From: a virus
Lineage: Duplodnaviria; Caudoviricetes
Length of the DNA stretch: 64,000 bases
Direction: 5' to 3' (one strand)
IMG/VR virus record: IMGVR_UViG_2852743531_000003
Coordinates: 64,001 to 128,000 of that record
The position numbers and the translations under genes are program-made. The notes under the pieces are model-generated. The model ran no database searches. It saw nothing but the letters and a program-made list of their open reading frames with translations, and was not told where the DNA came from. Below, in pieces: positions 31,102 through 40,462 of the stretch (position 1 is its first letter; every line of letters starts with the position of its first letter).

Positions 31102-32450
31102 TCAACAACAACCCGTTCCAAATTCCGGAAGTATCTCAGACTGACGCAGATACGTTCCCGCCATTTACACGGCCCGTTCCTGCTGAGAATAGCGAGTACC
31201 GTAACGATCTTTACGGTACTCCGTTCGCTTACGAGTCAGGATTCGCCTGTACCGTTACACTTGCCGACGAGTTACTGGAAAAGCTTCGGAAGAACGGGGA
31301 GGACACCGAGGTGCAGCATCGCGACGACGTACCACTGACGCCAACAGCTGCCCCGGCATCGTCGAATGGACAGCCACCGCAAAGCTCTCCAAAGTCTCCA
31401 CCCTCTACTGGAGCACCGGCAGCACCTAACAAGAGAAACAAAAATGATGCGAATGATCATCAACAACTTATAAATAAATTAAATAAGAACCCGCACGTCG
31501 TTGAATTTAAAGGTGCGGTTCTAGATAGGAACGAACGTCTTAAGATTATCGCCGCTGTCGCAATGTGCGAAAGTGGGCGAGATCCATTTGGCGCCGAAAA
31601 TACCGACCAGGAATTTGTTGGCCGAAAAGACGGAAACAAGGGAATTGAAACTAGTTATTCACGTATTGTTCATATTGGGTTGTCGTATGGAATTATTCAA
31701 TTTACACAAGATGGCGGCGCCCTCGGAGGGGTGTTAAAGAAGTGTAATGAAAAGAATCATGAAAAATTCGTTGAGATTTTTGGTGACAACTGGCAAGAAT
31801 TGCTCACCCTAACGAGCCCCGGAATTTTTGTCCCCGGTGTTGATTATATATCTGGCCTTGACCACTGGCACGCGATCTCAAAAACCAAGGAAGGTGTCGA
31901 GATTAGCAAGTCGGCGTCAAAAGGCCAATTGCCAGTTGGGCGTGAAATTCGCGGGAAGCGCGTCCAGCCAATATCCGTACAGGTTGGTGGGGTGAAGCAG
32001 GATCTCTGGATTGGCACGTGGAAGCAACGTTTCGTGGATGCAGCACGTGTAGTAGACTTTCAGGAAGCACAATTGGCGTATGCCGTTGAAAATTATCTGA
32101 ACCCCACATTTCCATTCTGTAAAACCAATAATGTTCGCTCTGGAATTGGAATTGCGTTCGCGGTTGCATGTTATGTGCGTGGTGTAAGCAAGCAACTCCT
32201 GACTGATGCCGCCAGACAAAAAGGTTTAAAAATCCCCTTTGAGTCTTCCGCTGACGAAAAAGCGGCTGTTGTCGCGATCTCTAAGGGTGAAATTAAAGAA
32301 TATCAGGTAACTCGCAAAGGTAAGACGAAGAGCCTGAAGATTGCAGGCGAAGAGATCACGCGGGCGCGGAAGCTAGACAAGGACGAGACGGGATTTCTCG
32401 TCGAGGATATGTACTGGACTGACACATTTGATGACGGGAGCGACAAGTGA
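31098..32450 (+). CDS. Putative T6SS effector, lysozyme-like peptidoglycan hydrolase
   Basis: 450 aa, low GC, overlaps the vgrG stop; AMCESG..GLSYGIIQFTQDGG.L lysozyme-fold-like motif. Confidence 0.62.
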   Translation: MINNNPFQIPEVSQTDADTFPPFTRPVPAENSEYRNDLYGTPFAYESGFACTVTLADELLEKLRKNGEDTEVQHRDDVPLTPTAAPASSNGQPPQSSPKSPPSTGAPAAPNKRNKNDANDHQQLINKLNKNPHVVEFKGAVLDRNERLKIIAAVAMCESGRDPFGAENTDQEFVGRKDGNKGIETSYSRIVHIGLSYGIIQFTQDGGALGGVLKKCNEKNHEKFVEIFGDNWQELLTLTSPGIFVPGVDYISGLDHWHAISKTKEGVEISKSASKGQLPVGREIRGKRVQPISVQVGGVKQDLWIGTWKQRFVDAARVVDFQEAQLAYAVENYLNPTFPFCKTNNVRSGIGIAFAVACYVRGVSKQLLTDAARQKGLKIPFESSADEKAAVVAISKGEIKEYQVTRKGKTKSLKIAGEEITRARKLDKDETGFLVEDMYWTDTFDDGSDK

Positions 32451-32974
32451 CCAATGCTGCCCAAATAAAGTATGGGATTCTTTTCGCGTTGGTTGCATTG
32501 ACCAGTTCCGCACATGCAGCTGGTCTGTGCAGGTCCAACGAGGCCACAATATTCAACTGCGATATAAAGGAAAGCAAGAAGATTGCATCGATATGCACTT
32601 CGAATGATTTTGCAGAAGATCGAGGGTACATTCAGTATCGATACGGGACACCAAATAAAATTGATCTCGAATTTCCTAAAGATCTTCAAAATTCTCGAAG
32701 TGAGTTCGGTTATGATGAATACTCGCGTCCCGATCTCTCAACTTTTGTTGTGGGCTTCAAGAATGGGGGCTACCGATATGAAATATCGGAGACGACCGAA
32801 GGAGGGGACGAAGGTATCACGACGCGATCACTCTTGGTGAGCTCCGAAAAGAGAAACCGAGGTACAAAGTTGACATGCCTCGACAATGGAAACGTTGTTT
32901 CTTCAATATCCACGCTCGATCAGATATTGAAATGCGACAAAGAGCACGAAATAGTTGATGGCTCATGCGACTAG
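32447..32974 (+). CDS. Putative periplasmic immunity protein
   Basis: 175 aa with signal peptide (..SSAHA) and six Cys; translationally coupled to the effector; low GC. Confidence 0.65.
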   Translation: MTNAAQIKYGILFALVALTSSAHAAGLCRSNEATIFNCDIKESKKIASICTSNDFAEDRGYIQYRYGTPNKIDLEFPKDLQNSRSEFGYDEYSRPDLSTFVVGFKNGGYRYEISETTEGGDEGITTRSLLVSSEKRNRGTKLTCLDNGNVVSSISTLDQILKCDKEHEIVDGSCD

Positions 32975-33061
32975 TGGAGCATCCATGCGTGGAAATATGG
33001 CGGAGCGTGGTATGCCGATCACGTCGCAGGTCACTAGAACAATTTTTGTCGTCCGGGTATT

Positions 33062-33375
33062 TATTGCTGTTTGCGAATCGTCAATGGCGAGACTCAGTTG
33101 CCGCCTTCAGTGGAATTGAGTAACCACGAAATTATCTCGGCAAATGCACTCAAAATTGAGATAACTGATAGCAAGGGAAAGGCAATTAGAATTCGAGTTC
33201 CGTTTAAATTTTGGTAAAACTATTTCGAGCTTGTCTAAAATTGCCTTTCCAGAGTCAAACTCCCTCGTAATTGACGGTCGAGAATTTGTTCTCGTTATTG
33301 TCGGCGAGCCCTCAAGCAGCCAGCCAACGGGGTATTGTGGAGCTGGCATTGAGGGCAAACTAAACGTTCGCGCGA
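33062..33375 (+). pseudogene. Possible frameshifted, truncated second immunity-like gene
   Basis: Low-GC segment; one frame reads ..VELSNHEII..IRVPFKFW*, and another continues LNFGKTISSLSKIAF..PTGYCGAGIE. Confidence 0.35.
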
Positions 33376-33468
33376 CTCTGTCCCCGGCGGTTGGCAACAT
33401 CTCCCCCGAGGGCATTGGCCGCGACCGTCTCGAAGGACCAGTAGCGTGGATCGTGATGGAACGCAAAG

Positions 33469-34128
33469 ATGACGTCGAAGAACGAGCAGCCCGAACCTAG
33501 CCGGTACTTTTCTCTTTTTCCTCTGCTCGCGCTGGCCCGCGACGTGGCCGGTGGCCAATACGATGTATCGTGCGAGGCGGGTGAAGACGGGCCATCGGTA
33601 GCCTGTTACACCAATCCCGTCACCGCGGTCATCGATGCGACGCAGTATGCCCGGGCCCGGGAACCGGGGTACGCGCCCAGGTTGGCCGGCTCGTTGGAGC
33701 GGGCGCTGTTCTACCGCGCTGACTGCCGCTGCCTGATGACCGACGTCCGCATCGGCTGGCCCGTGTTGAATCGCAGGATCATCCTGCGAACAGACAGAAC
33801 GTTATCGTCGGTTTCGAGGCACATCCGGGTTCCCGTGTTGCACGGCGAAGCGCCAGACTCGTTCGAGCTGGATGAAGCTGGACTCCAATGGCTCGATGAC
33901 ATTCATGAACGTGCGGGGCTCTTTGCCTGGCGCGAGACGGCGCGTGCGGTCGCTTCGTGGCCCCCCGACAGGGTAGCCCAGGCAGCGAATCGCGCGCTGC
34001 GCTCCATCGAAGTGACGGTATGTGATCCCGCCTTGTGCGATGAGGTCGCGCTGTTCGATCCGGAAACCGGGCAATGGCACTTCGTGCCATCGAGAGATTT
34101 CGTGAAGGCGAAGTACCTGAAAGTATGA
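33469..34128 (+). CDS. Hypothetical protein
   Basis: 219 aa ORF ending convergently at a hairpin. Confidence 0.65.
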   Translation: MTSKNEQPEPSRYFSLFPLLALARDVAGGQYDVSCEAGEDGPSVACYTNPVTAVIDATQYARAREPGYAPRLAGSLERALFYRADCRCLMTDVRIGWPVLNRRIILRTDRTLSSVSRHIRVPVLHGEAPDSFELDEAGLQWLDDIHERAGLFAWRETARAVASWPPDRVAQAANRALRSIEVTVCDPALCDEVALFDPETGQWHFVPSRDFVKAKYLKV

Positions 34129-34213
34129 AACAGTGCGAGGAATCTGTCCGGGGGTCGCTGCCGATCGCATCTGCTTATCGCGGTGCACCCCACGGGATAA
34201 CGAGCTGATGAAT

Positions 34214-34257
34214 GACGGCATAGGGCCGGAGGACTTTCGATTCTCCGGCCCTATGCC
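34214..34257. terminator. Hairpin with GACGGCATAG/CTATGCC arms
   Basis: GGCATAGGGCCGGAG / CTCCGGCCCTATGCC perfect 15-bp stem between convergent genes. Confidence 0.75.
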
Positions 34258-34273
34258 TGTATGGCTTCCAACA

Positions 34274-35503
34274 TCAGCTGCCTGTGTAGTGCCGCATGGT
34301 CATCGTACGGATCACGAGATAGAGCAGCACCGCGGTGCGCACCGACGCAATCACGCTGTCGTTCCGGTTGCCCGTCGCCTGCTTCACACACCACTCAGCC
34401 TTTTCCCTGAGCGAAAAGAGAGCAGGATCAATGCTGCGCGATGATGTATAGACGCCGCGCAACCTCGCAAGCAGCGTCGGCAGATCGACGTGAGTGCGAA
34501 CCATGGTGCGCTCTTCGGCGAGATAATCGAAACTGTGGATAAGCGTCTCATCGAGAAGTTCGCCAACGCGCTTTGCGCGCGCCTGCCGGTAGTTGTCCGA
34601 GATCCACTCGAGCGTCTGCCGGAAGAGCCGCGGCGGCGTTGTGTACATGAGCTTGCAGATCAGCTCCAGCAGTTCCTCCTTGATGAAGGAATGCCGGTCG
34701 GAGACAATCGACTGCAAGTATCGCGTGTAGGCGAGCAGATTCCGGTTACGGTCCTTGAGCACCACCTCGCCGTCGTAGTCGACCAGCGCCGAGCTCGACT
34801 GGATCCGCATACCCTGATGATGGACCTGCAGAAAGACGTCGTAGATGTTCTTGAGCATGTCGCGGATGCGGCTCTGCGTATCGTTGAGCAGGTAGATCAC
34901 CTCAAGGTCGTTGTCCATCTTCGAGATAGCCTTGAAGTGCAGCCCCTGGGGCGAAATCAGATCGCGCGTGCGCTGCTCAAGTACCGCATTCCAGGTGCCG
35001 TACTGCTTGATCGCGAACTTGCCCGAGAGCAGCGCGTACGTGGCCTCGGCCGTCGCGCGATCCGCCGGATAGCGGAAATGCCGGAAGAGGCGCGAGGTAA
35101 GAAATTTGTACTGCAGCACGAGCCCGACGTCCATCATCGCAGCCTGCTTCTGCGTGTCGTTGAGTTTCGGGCTCGCGTAAAGCGTATGCATCAACCACGC
35201 GCACGAGAGGTTCATCGTATCGCTCGACACCTTGAACGTCGGGTTCACTGTCGGCAGCGCGACGAGCTCCTGGGCGAGCACGCCCTCTTCCACCTTCAGG
35301 ATTTCCTCGAACCACCTGTCGCGGTCGTCATCGGTAAAGCGCACGACCTCCACACCCGTGAGATTGCCGCCAAAAAACTTGATGTGGTCGGCATTCTTGA
35401 AGACAAAGGCATGCCGGTACTGGCTGATCCTGCGGGCAAACATGGCATCGATCACCAGGTCGTGACAGGCCTCGGCGAACACGCCCTCGATGTTTTTCGC
35501 CAT
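34274..35503 (-). CDS. Conserved phiKZ-like putative structural protein
   Basis: 409 aa; FFGGNLTGV.VVRF segment recalled from phiKZ-like phages; GGAG RBS. Confidence 0.75.
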   Translation of the reverse strand: MAKNIEGVFAEACHDLVIDAMFARRISQYRHAFVFKNADHIKFFGGNLTGVEVVRFTDDDRDRWFEEILKVEEGVLAQELVALPTVNPTFKVSSDTMNLSCAWLMHTLYASPKLNDTQKQAAMMDVGLVLQYKFLTSRLFRHFRYPADRATAEATYALLSGKFAIKQYGTWNAVLEQRTRDLISPQGLHFKAISKMDNDLEVIYLLNDTQSRIRDMLKNIYDVFLQVHHQGMRIQSSSALVDYDGEVVLKDRNRNLLAYTRYLQSIVSDRHSFIKEELLELICKLMYTTPPRLFRQTLEWISDNYRQARAKRVGELLDETLIHSFDYLAEERTMVRTHVDLPTLLARLRGVYTSSRSIDPALFSLREKAEWCVKQATGNRNDSVIASVRTAVLLYLVIRTMTMRHYTGS

Positions 35504-35550
35504 GAGCGCTCCATGCGAGAACCTGCCGGGGATAGCCGGGGAAGATGGAA

Positions 35551-36186
35551 TCAGGACCCGTGTCTGCGCGCGAGCCAGTCTTTCGCGAACGCTTCAAGCG
35601 ACGGGTAGACCCTCGCACCCCAGGCGTTCACCAGTGTCTCGAGCGCCTGCCCCAGCTCGACGACACGCGGCTCCGGATTGCTGTTATCGCTGCCGTTCAC
35701 CGAGGGCTGCGTCGCGACCATGACCACCACGTAGTTGTCGGGACCGGTGCCATGCTGGCCCCGGGCAGCCAGGTCCTGGCTGACTTCGACGATGTCCTCG
35801 GGTTTCACGTCGGCAGCTGACACGCCATAGACGGTCGTGCCCGGACTGCCGGACTGCGCATCTGTGCCGGCAAGCTCGACATTGCTGATCAGCTGGGCGA
35901 GCGCGAGCGCATCATTGGCCTGTGATTCAAGCGCCTGCGACTGCCCGCTCACGCCTGTCTGTTCACCGCCATCCTGGACGCCAGGCGATGCCACTGCATC
36001 CTTTGAACCGGCAGTGGCATCGCCTGCGCCCGGTTCGGCCGGTGGCACGTCGGGACGCGCATAGACCTGGTTCAGGGCTTGGGAAAACACCTCCGACAGG
36101 GGCCCCTTGAGCTCCATCAGTTCCTTCTCGTCCTCTGGAGGGTTGCCCAGCTCGCCCTCCAGTGCTGCCCTTAGCAAGGAAGCCAT
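35551..36186 (-). CDS. Acidic putative head protein with protease-site-like motifs
   Basis: 211 aa; GGAGG RBS; repeated ALE/SLE motifs matching the S/A/G-X-E cleavage consensus of phiKZ gp175. Confidence 0.7.
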   Translation of the reverse strand: MASLLRAALEGELGNPPEDEKELMELKGPLSEVFSQALNQVYARPDVPPAEPGAGDATAGSKDAVASPGVQDGGEQTGVSGQSQALESQANDALALAQLISNVELAGTDAQSGSPGTTVYGVSAADVKPEDIVEVSQDLAARGQHGTGPDNYVVVMVATQPSVNGSDNSNPEPRVVELGQALETLVNAWGARVYPSLEAFAKDWLARRHGS

Positions 36187-36294
36187 GAGTCCTCCCTTCA
36201 CGCAAACTCGCGCAAACCGCGTCACACGATTCGCGTCAGGAGAAATTTATGGTTGGTACTTCTCGCGCGTATACGAGAAGCATCCTTAGAGAAA

Positions 36295-36323
36295 AGAGAG
36301 CAGATACTCCGTATCTGCTCTCT
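36295..36323. repeat. Perfect 13-bp inverted repeat adjoining an AT-rich tract
   Basis: AGAGAGCAGATAC-TCC-GTATCTGCTCTCT. Confidence 0.85.
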
Positions 36324-36694
36324 ATAGAATCAATACATTAAGCTAAAAGCTATACTTAATAACGCTTAACGCGCGCGCGGGCGTGCGCGAATTTCCGGCG
36401 ACGGTAAAATTTGTCGAAGGTCCCCAGTACGCCTTCCTCGAAGAACCACAAACCTCACCAGCCCCTCAAGATCGCCCTCCCTCCGACTCGCGAAATGCTG
36501 TTCCGGGCCGCGAGAATCGTTCGCATGCCGATTCTGGAAGCCGGACAATACGAAGGCATCCATCGACCGTACCGATGGCATACAGCCCGTTCTGGCAAAA
36601 CACCGGGCCAGGAGTGCAGGGATAAAGAATACGTGACCAGCAACTCCTATGCACGGGGGTTTGTATCCGCCCGTCCCGACACCCTGGCGCGATA

Positions 36695-37498
36695 TCACCG
36701 GGGTCCGCCAATCTGCATGCGCAGGATTCTCAACCACCTCTCCCCGTCGTTCATGATCGCGATCTTTGCCCACTTCTCTTTCAGGTAGTCCTCGTAGTTC
36801 TGCTCGGCGTCGGCGTAGCTGTCGATGACCTCCTTGATCTTGCCAAGATTCTGGCCCCCCCTGAGCTCCCCGATGTCGAGTTGCACCGTGTAGGTGTTGT
36901 AGATGTACGACTTGACCGCGTACTCCACCAGCTTGCAGAACGCGTGGAAGCTGCGTAGCTGGATGTTGTTCAGGTTTTCGTCATTCGCCACGATGCAGCG
37001 CAGGTACGAGTTTGACGGTACGGTCAGCACGTCGCGCACGTGCACCACGTTCTCGCTGATCAGCTCGATGCGCGCGGTCGAGGTGATCGGCACCATGCCC
37101 ATCGCATCAACCACCGCGTTACCCACCTGCAGCATCGTGTTGGCCTGGTTAAGCGCGGCGATGCCGACTGACGAGATACGCGTCGGATCGGCGAACGACA
37201 CGTTCAGCGCCGTGAGGATGCTACGCCCGTTGGTACGCTTCTTGGGAATGCGGAAAACCGTGTCGAACGGTGTTTCCCCGCGCTGGCCGCACCCGTCCAG
37301 CAAAACCCACACTTCCGTGCCTCCAAGCAGGTTGCAGTCGATGAGCACGCGGGGCCTCACCACGAGACTCAGGATCTGGTCCTCGATACCTGCCGTTGTA
37401 TCGCGCCAGTACTCCTCGCGCCTGAAAAAAACCACATGCAGCACCTCCGGCGGAATTCTGTAGCGCACGTCAAAGATGCTCTTCGAAATGGCATTCAT
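36695..37498 (-). CDS. Conserved phiKZ-like putative virion protein
   Basis: 267 aa upstream of and divergent from the phuZ operon; AVKSYIYN segment. Confidence 0.75.
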   Translation of the reverse strand: MNAISKSIFDVRYRIPPEVLHVVFFRREEYWRDTTAGIEDQILSLVVRPRVLIDCNLLGGTEVWVLLDGCGQRGETPFDTVFRIPKKRTNGRSILTALNVSFADPTRISSVGIAALNQANTMLQVGNAVVDAMGMVPITSTARIELISENVVHVRDVLTVPSNSYLRCIVANDENLNNIQLRSFHAFCKLVEYAVKSYIYNTYTVQLDIGELRGGQNLGKIKEVIDSYADAEQNYEDYLKEKWAKIAIMNDGERWLRILRMQIGGPR

Positions 37499-37555
37499 GC
37501 AACGGCTCCCGCCCCGCGCCGCGATCGCGCGGTGCGGCCAAGTTAAAAAAAGAAC

Positions 37556-37569
37556 GGTGATATATCACC
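37556..37569 (+). promoter_or_regulatory. Palindrome GGTGATATATCACC containing TATATCAC
   Basis: Perfect 14-bp palindrome about 50 bp upstream of the operon leading to phuZ, preceded by an A tract. Confidence 0.6.
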
Positions 37570-37617
37570 CATCCGGAGCAGCTCGAATCTCCAAACAATT
37601 TCTTTCATGAGGAAACC

Positions 37618-37959
37618 ATGAACGCCGAGATAACGGATCTGTTTGACCTCTATAGCGATTATTTCAGAGCACTCGACGAGATGGTTGGCATCGACACAGC
37701 CATCAACTACCGCCAGGTCTATCTGGAGAACTACAAGATCGTCCAGCTGGGCCTTCGCAATTCCGACGGCAGCCGCAAGCTAACGACCCGCGTATTCGAT
37801 CGCGACGGCCATCCCGTAGGGAAAGTGAGACTGCCTTACACCGATCAGCGCAAGTGGCACACGCGGCTCGTCGTCGAGGAAGGATTTCCCCTCGAAACCG
37901 TCAGGGAGCTGCTCGATGAGAACAGCCTGGACTTCTACTGGCGCGAACGCATGGAGTAG
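37618..37959 (+). CDS. Hypothetical protein
   Basis: 113 aa, GAGGA RBS. Confidence 0.78.
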   Translation: MNAEITDLFDLYSDYFRALDEMVGIDTAINYRQVYLENYKIVQLGLRNSDGSRKLTTRVFDRDGHPVGKVRLPYTDQRKWHTRLVVEEGFPLETVRELLDENSLDFYWRERME

Positions 37960-37987
37960 ACGAAGGCCCTGTTTCCGGAGACTTGAG

Positions 37988-38404
37988 ATGAACTATCACG
38001 GCACTGCACGTACGAACTACGTGAGCATCATCGACATCGATGGCCTTCGTGCGGCCATCGGACCATTCAACATCGACGTGTGCGAGCACCCCGAATTCGC
38101 CGGCAAATATGCCTTCTTCGTCAGCAACGGCCAGGGCTGGCCCGATCACAGCGTGGATGACGACGGCAAAGATATCGGGCTGAACGTCTGCAAGGTCATC
38201 ATGCCTTTCGTGTACGACGGCGAAGTACTCGTCCTGATGGATTCCGGCAATCAGGGGCACCGCTACGTCTGTGGGCGTGCCGAGGCCTGGCGTCGCCATG
38301 CAAACGAGACGGAATCGGTTGCGATCTGCCTGCACTCAATCTACGCCATCGCCGCGGACAGGTTCGCTGTCCCGGTTGGCCACATCAGCGACGCGCTGCA
38401 CTGA
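37988..38404 (+). CDS. Hypothetical protein
   Basis: 138 aa from ATG 37988, GGAG RBS. Confidence 0.7.
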   Translation: MNYHGTARTNYVSIIDIDGLRAAIGPFNIDVCEHPEFAGKYAFFVSNGQGWPDHSVDDDGKDIGLNVCKVIMPFVYDGEVLVLMDSGNQGHRYVCGRAEAWRRHANETESVAICLHSIYAIAADRFAVPVGHISDALH

Positions 38405-38509
38405 GTCGATACCGCTTCAGGCGGCATTCCATGGCGAAAGCCATATTTCCCCAAGGCCCCCACGTCAGTGGCGGGCCTTCTTCTCCAACTTTATCTGAGG
38501 TAAGCAAGC

Positions 38510-39529
38510 ATGGATATTCACGAGCGCGCACGCGGCGAGGTTCGACTTTTCTGCTGCGGCGGCGGTGGCATGAACATCGGCCACAAGGTCGCCAGTTATG
38601 CCAGCGACAACAATAAGAGTGACAAGTTTGCCAAGCTCGATGTGGTGTACATGGACACGTCGAAGGCGAACCTGCGCTCCGACATCAATCCCGAGAAGTT
38701 CTATCTGGTCAATCGCCCAGGCACCATCGAAGGCTCGGGGCAGGAGCGCGCCGAAAACTTCGATCCGATCAGCGCTCGCGTGGGCAACATTCTGCAGAAG
38801 TTCAAGCCGGTCGATCTGAATATCGTTCTCTCCACCGGCGGAGGTGGATCCGGCGCGGTGATAGCAGCCTCGATCGTGTCGGAGCTGCTTGCGCACGACG
38901 CGTCGACCCTCGCGATCTGCGTGGGCGATGACAGTACGAGGAAGTTCGCTCAAAACACGCTCAAGACGCTGAAGTCGTATGAGCGCATCGCCACGGAAAC
39001 GCGGCACTCGCCGGTGAACCTCGTCTATCTGCAAAATAGCCGGGACATGACGCGTGCGGCCATCGACAGCCGCATCCAGCACGTCGTCGCCGCACTGTGC
39101 ATGCTCTATTCGGCCCGTAACCGCGAACTCGACGCCAAGGATCTCGAAAACTGGCTGCGCTACCAGAAGGTCACCTCCTACAGGCCGGCACTCGCCTCGC
39201 TCACGCTCATCAGCGATCTGGGCCGCGCGTGTCTCGATGATCTCGGCAATCTCATCAGCGTCGCGACGCTCACCCAGGCCGATCACGACCCAACGCTGCC
39301 CGTTCGCAACGATGTGCAGTACATCGGCTATCTGGAAGGCACGCTGCCGGAAAAACTGAACCTGAAGGCACCGTATCACTACGTCATCTCGGACGGCATC
39401 CTGCCCAGAGTCGCAGCCGACCTGAATGCGGTGCTGCAGGAGATGCAGGAGCAGAGCGACACGCGCATTCTGCCCAATGCGATCAGCTCAACGACGGACG
39501 TGAGCACCAGCAACGGCGTCGTGCTGTAA
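38510..39529 (+). CDS. phuZ: PhuZ phage tubulin
   Basis: 339 aa; CGGGGMNIG, MDTS, GSGQER and tubulin signature STGGGGSG; short hydrophobic C-terminal tip; phage context. Confidence 0.92.
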   Translation: MDIHERARGEVRLFCCGGGGMNIGHKVASYASDNNKSDKFAKLDVVYMDTSKANLRSDINPEKFYLVNRPGTIEGSGQERAENFDPISARVGNILQKFKPVDLNIVLSTGGGGSGAVIAASIVSELLAHDASTLAICVGDDSTRKFAQNTLKTLKSYERIATETRHSPVNLVYLQNSRDMTRAAIDSRIQHVVAALCMLYSARNRELDAKDLENWLRYQKVTSYRPALASLTLISDLGRACLDDLGNLISVATLTQADHDPTLPVRNDVQYIGYLEGTLPEKLNLKAPYHYVISDGILPRVAADLNAVLQEMQEQSDTRILPNAISSTTDVSTSNGVVL

Positions 39530-39550
39530 GCGCCGCCGCGCAGATTCATC

Positions 39551-39580
39551 CTCCCGGGGGCGCGGCTGGCCCCCGGGGAG
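39551..39580 (+). terminator. GC-rich hairpin after phuZ
   Basis: CTCCCGGGGGC...GCCCCCGGGGAG; no U tract. Confidence 0.4.
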
Positions 39581-39637
39581 CACGTACATCACCCGCACGA
39601 ACTCCATTCCACAATTTCACACAAGGATCGAAACCAT

Positions 39638-39931
39638 ATGTTTGCCAAGATGATGATGGGCGCTACGAACGAAAACCGGCACGTGGGGGTGCCATGTTCG
39701 ATGGTCGAAGGTGAGCAAATCGAGTTCTTCTACGACCGAAGCGGACGTCCTTTCATGAAGGTCTGGAAAGCTGGATTCCTCAAGGAGATGCCGGTATTCG
39801 GCGATGTGTTCCTCATGAACGAAACCGGCGAGACCTTCTCGCGTTTCAGCCCGCCGCTCGAATTCGTCGGCCGTAACGCCGATGGATGGAGGACGATGGA
39901 TGTGACGCCGGTGGCGATTGGGGTACCCTGA
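39638..39931 (+). CDS. Hypothetical protein
   Basis: 97 aa, AAGGA RBS. Confidence 0.65.
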   Translation: MFAKMMMGATNENRHVGVPCSMVEGEQIEFFYDRSGRPFMKVWKAGFLKEMPVFGDVFLMNETGETFSRFSPPLEFVGRNADGWRTMDVTPVAIGVP

Positions 39932-39955
39932 CACGCTATGGAACAGGGAGGCAGC

Positions 39956-40462
39956 ATGTCTGACTATCCAAGGAAAATCATCGTGCTTCGCGAGGCCGAG
40001 AAATCCACTGGCGATGGCGATCAGGGCCTCTCGCCGGTTGGCCGCAGACGTGCGGAACGGATTTCCGAATTTGTGATCCGGAATTTTGGCAGGCCGGATT
40101 GCATTTTCGCGACCACGCCAACCAGGCATAGCCTGCGTGCGCTACTTACGGTACTGCCACTGTGGCAAAGCCTCGAGGGCGTGCCTCTGAACGCGTGGGT
40201 GAGCCCTGGCACCGAGATGGAGTTATGCTGGTCCATCGCCGGTGTCAAGCAGCGCGGCAAAACAATCGGTGGCGACGAGTACGCTGGAAAAAGCATCGTC
40301 ATCTGCCTGTATCGTGAGGTGATACCGATGTTCATGCGCTCACTCGGTGCGGCGGCAAGCGATTGCCCGAGCCCATGGCCCGAGGATGATTTCGGCAGCG
40401 TTTATGTCCTCGCACGCGACAACGAACGGGTCATTACGACCCGCTTCGAGATGTTCTTCTAG
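39956..40462 (+). CDS. Degenerate histidine-phosphatase-fold protein
   Basis: IIVLREAEK..GLSPVGRRRAE..PDCIFA..R...TVLP..WPEDDF pattern; RH motif appears as RE. Confidence 0.6.
   Translation: MSDYPRKIIVLREAEKSTGDGDQGLSPVGRRRAERISEFVIRNFGRPDCIFATTPTRHSLRALLTVLPLWQSLEGVPLNAWVSPGTEMELCWSIAGVKQRGKTIGGDEYAGKSIVICLYREVIPMFMRSLGAAASDCPSPWPEDDFGSVYVLARDNERVITTRFEMFF

Noticed and set aside
36574-36610. GATGGCATAC plus a weak GCCCG/CGGGC stem as a further terminator-motif copy
   Set aside because: Two mismatches and a poor stem make it too weak to count.
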